From Octopus sinensis (Eukaryota), in contig NC_043003.1 of the NCBI RefSeq assembly GCF_006345805.1, positions 21,452,001 through 21,516,000 on the forward strand: DNA of 64,000 nucleotides, given 5' to 3'. The first letter of the stretch is position 1, and each line of letters begins with the position of its first letter. The notes under the pieces are model-generated. The model did not search any database. It was not told the origin of the DNA and was given only the letters and a program-made list of their open reading frames with translations. Of this stretch, positions 62,295 through 64,000 are shown piece after piece. Both the position numbers and the translations under genes were made by a program.

Positions 62295-64000
62295 TTATAA
62301 TGGGATATTTAGATTTCAAAATGTACACAGAATGTTTTAACTCTTTAGTATTCAGATTATTTGGTTAAATGCTTGTGGTCAACATACTTTTGATCAAAGA
62401 TCTGCGAGATGAGATGTGAACTGAGAATTAACAATTACTCTTTTGGTCAGCATTAGTACAATAATCTAGTTACCCTTCCAGCATGTTCACTTTGGATAGA
62501 GTGTTAAAATTCTATTTTTAGATGCATTATTTTATTATGGATTTGGTTAGTTGTTATTTTACCAAAGATTTGTTTGTAGTTAAGGTGATAACCCCACTCC
62601 CCATCTGTAAATAGATGTTAGGATGTTGTCATCCCTGATGATGAGCAAATGGGCATTAATTTACAGGAATGTGACTTGCACTAGATGACAACCAGAGCCT
62701 ATAAAAGGAAGTGGATTCAACCAATATCAGCTTGGAGCCCAAAGAGTCAAAGAGGAGCTCGTGAATGTCCTCTAAAATAAAATGCCACTTATCCACCCGC
62801 TAAATTTCGAGAAGACTGCAGCGCCCTTTTTAAACTTCTTGTGGAGGCCGTGTGACAGATACAGCTGGAAAAAAACCCACGATAAGCTTGCACAATGATT
62901 TATTGTGCAATGCCATGCTATAATGCTGAGAAGATTTGACTACTATCATCAAAGAGGTGCAATCTGCAAGAAATACACGTTCTACGTCCAGACATTGTTT
63001 TCCTCTTTTTTTTTCATTATGAGCAATGTGAAACTTTCCTAAATACTCGAGATGTTGTATTGGTAGGCAAAACAAAAAGCGAGTATAAGCAAAGGATAGT
63101 AATATCTGAGGGAGGGATTAAACCAGAAGCAATTGTTAATGGGTTCAATTATTTCAGAAATATATGTACAGTAAGGTGCATCGATCATCTAGTGATGGTT
63201 GTCATTGGAATTGATGTTGAAATTAATGAATCAAGATGCATGCAATGAAAATACTATTATCGACATTATAGTAAATGCCTTTGGGTTATTGGAATGGTGG
63301 GACGAGGAGCAAAGAAATGTATGATGGTGTTGTTTGAGGTTCGAAGGGCTGCCTTTTTGTTACCGATTATTAATCAACGTGTCCTACAATCAGTGGCGTG
63401 TGGTGGTCGTTGTATCGGGTGTGACGAAAGATTGTAGGCAGAGTTAAAGAATATGCACACCACTCGTTTTCGGCGTAATAAAAACTATAACCCTACTTTT
63501 AACCCTAACCGGGTTTTAACGGAACTTAAGACCACAGATCTTAATGGAAAACAAGTTTTCCATTAAGATCTGTGATTAAATTAATGAGAGTAAGGTTAAC
63601 ATTGATAATTAATTTGGCATTTTCGATGGGAGTGCAGCGCACACCTAACACACCCGGAATATAGGCCCCTGCAGCCAGTCCTCACCCCACCACAGGTTGA
63701 GAGATATTGGACTTTCTATAAGTTTCTTATTTCTTTATTGCCCACAAGGGGCTAAACATAGAGGGGACAAACAAGGAGATTAAGTCGATTACATTGACCC
63801 CAGTGCGTAACTGGTACTTAATTTATCGACCCAAAAAGGATGAAAGGCAAAGTCGACCTCGGTGGAATTTGAACTCAGAACGTAGCGGCAGACGAAATAC
63901 CGACTTCCTATAAGTTTCTGTATAACCAGTTTACTGTGAACACTAACAAAAATTGTAAGGACGTCGTCAATTGCCAAATCAAAATAGTTATCTAATCTCT

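Noticed and set aside
62560-63290. Possible LTR/promoter (ctataaaagg, aataaa) or upstream part of the decayed LINE
   Set aside because: No TG..CA/TSD boundaries identified and protein motifs too eroded to call
1-64000. Numerous 60-210 aa ORFs rich in YI/HT/CV/LS repeats in the ORF track
   Set aside because: They are translations of (TA)n, (CA)n and (CT)n microsatellites or SINE bodies, not genes

Overview
AT-rich, repeat-dense eukaryotic genomic DNA. The SINE, LINE and microsatellite content points to a coleoid cephalopod, most likely Octopus (inference). The only protein-coding gene I can support is a minus-strand MFS transporter orthologous or paralogous to SLC37A4 (ER glucose-6-phosphate/Pi exchanger, G6PT). 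Nine GT-AG exons at 60160 to 35311 join in one frame (1163 nt, about 387 aa plus stop). The first coding exon was not found and probably lies beyond the right edge. The rest is transposon-derived: tRNA-headed SINEs, RTE, CR1 and other LINE fragments, three Penelope-like GIY-YIG remnants, Tc1/mariner, hAT, pogo-like and piggyBac-like elements, a Helitron-like element and a solo LTR. Highlights are a minimal hammerhead ribozyme motif downstream of a tRNA-like module, next to a ~340-bp-arm Penelope palindrome in an SLC37A4 intron; several long intronic fold-backs; inverted RTE tails bracketing two exons; and a nested MITE/SINE/LTR with readable target-site duplications. All calls were made by eye. 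No searches or folding programs were run, and repeat boundaries are approximate.
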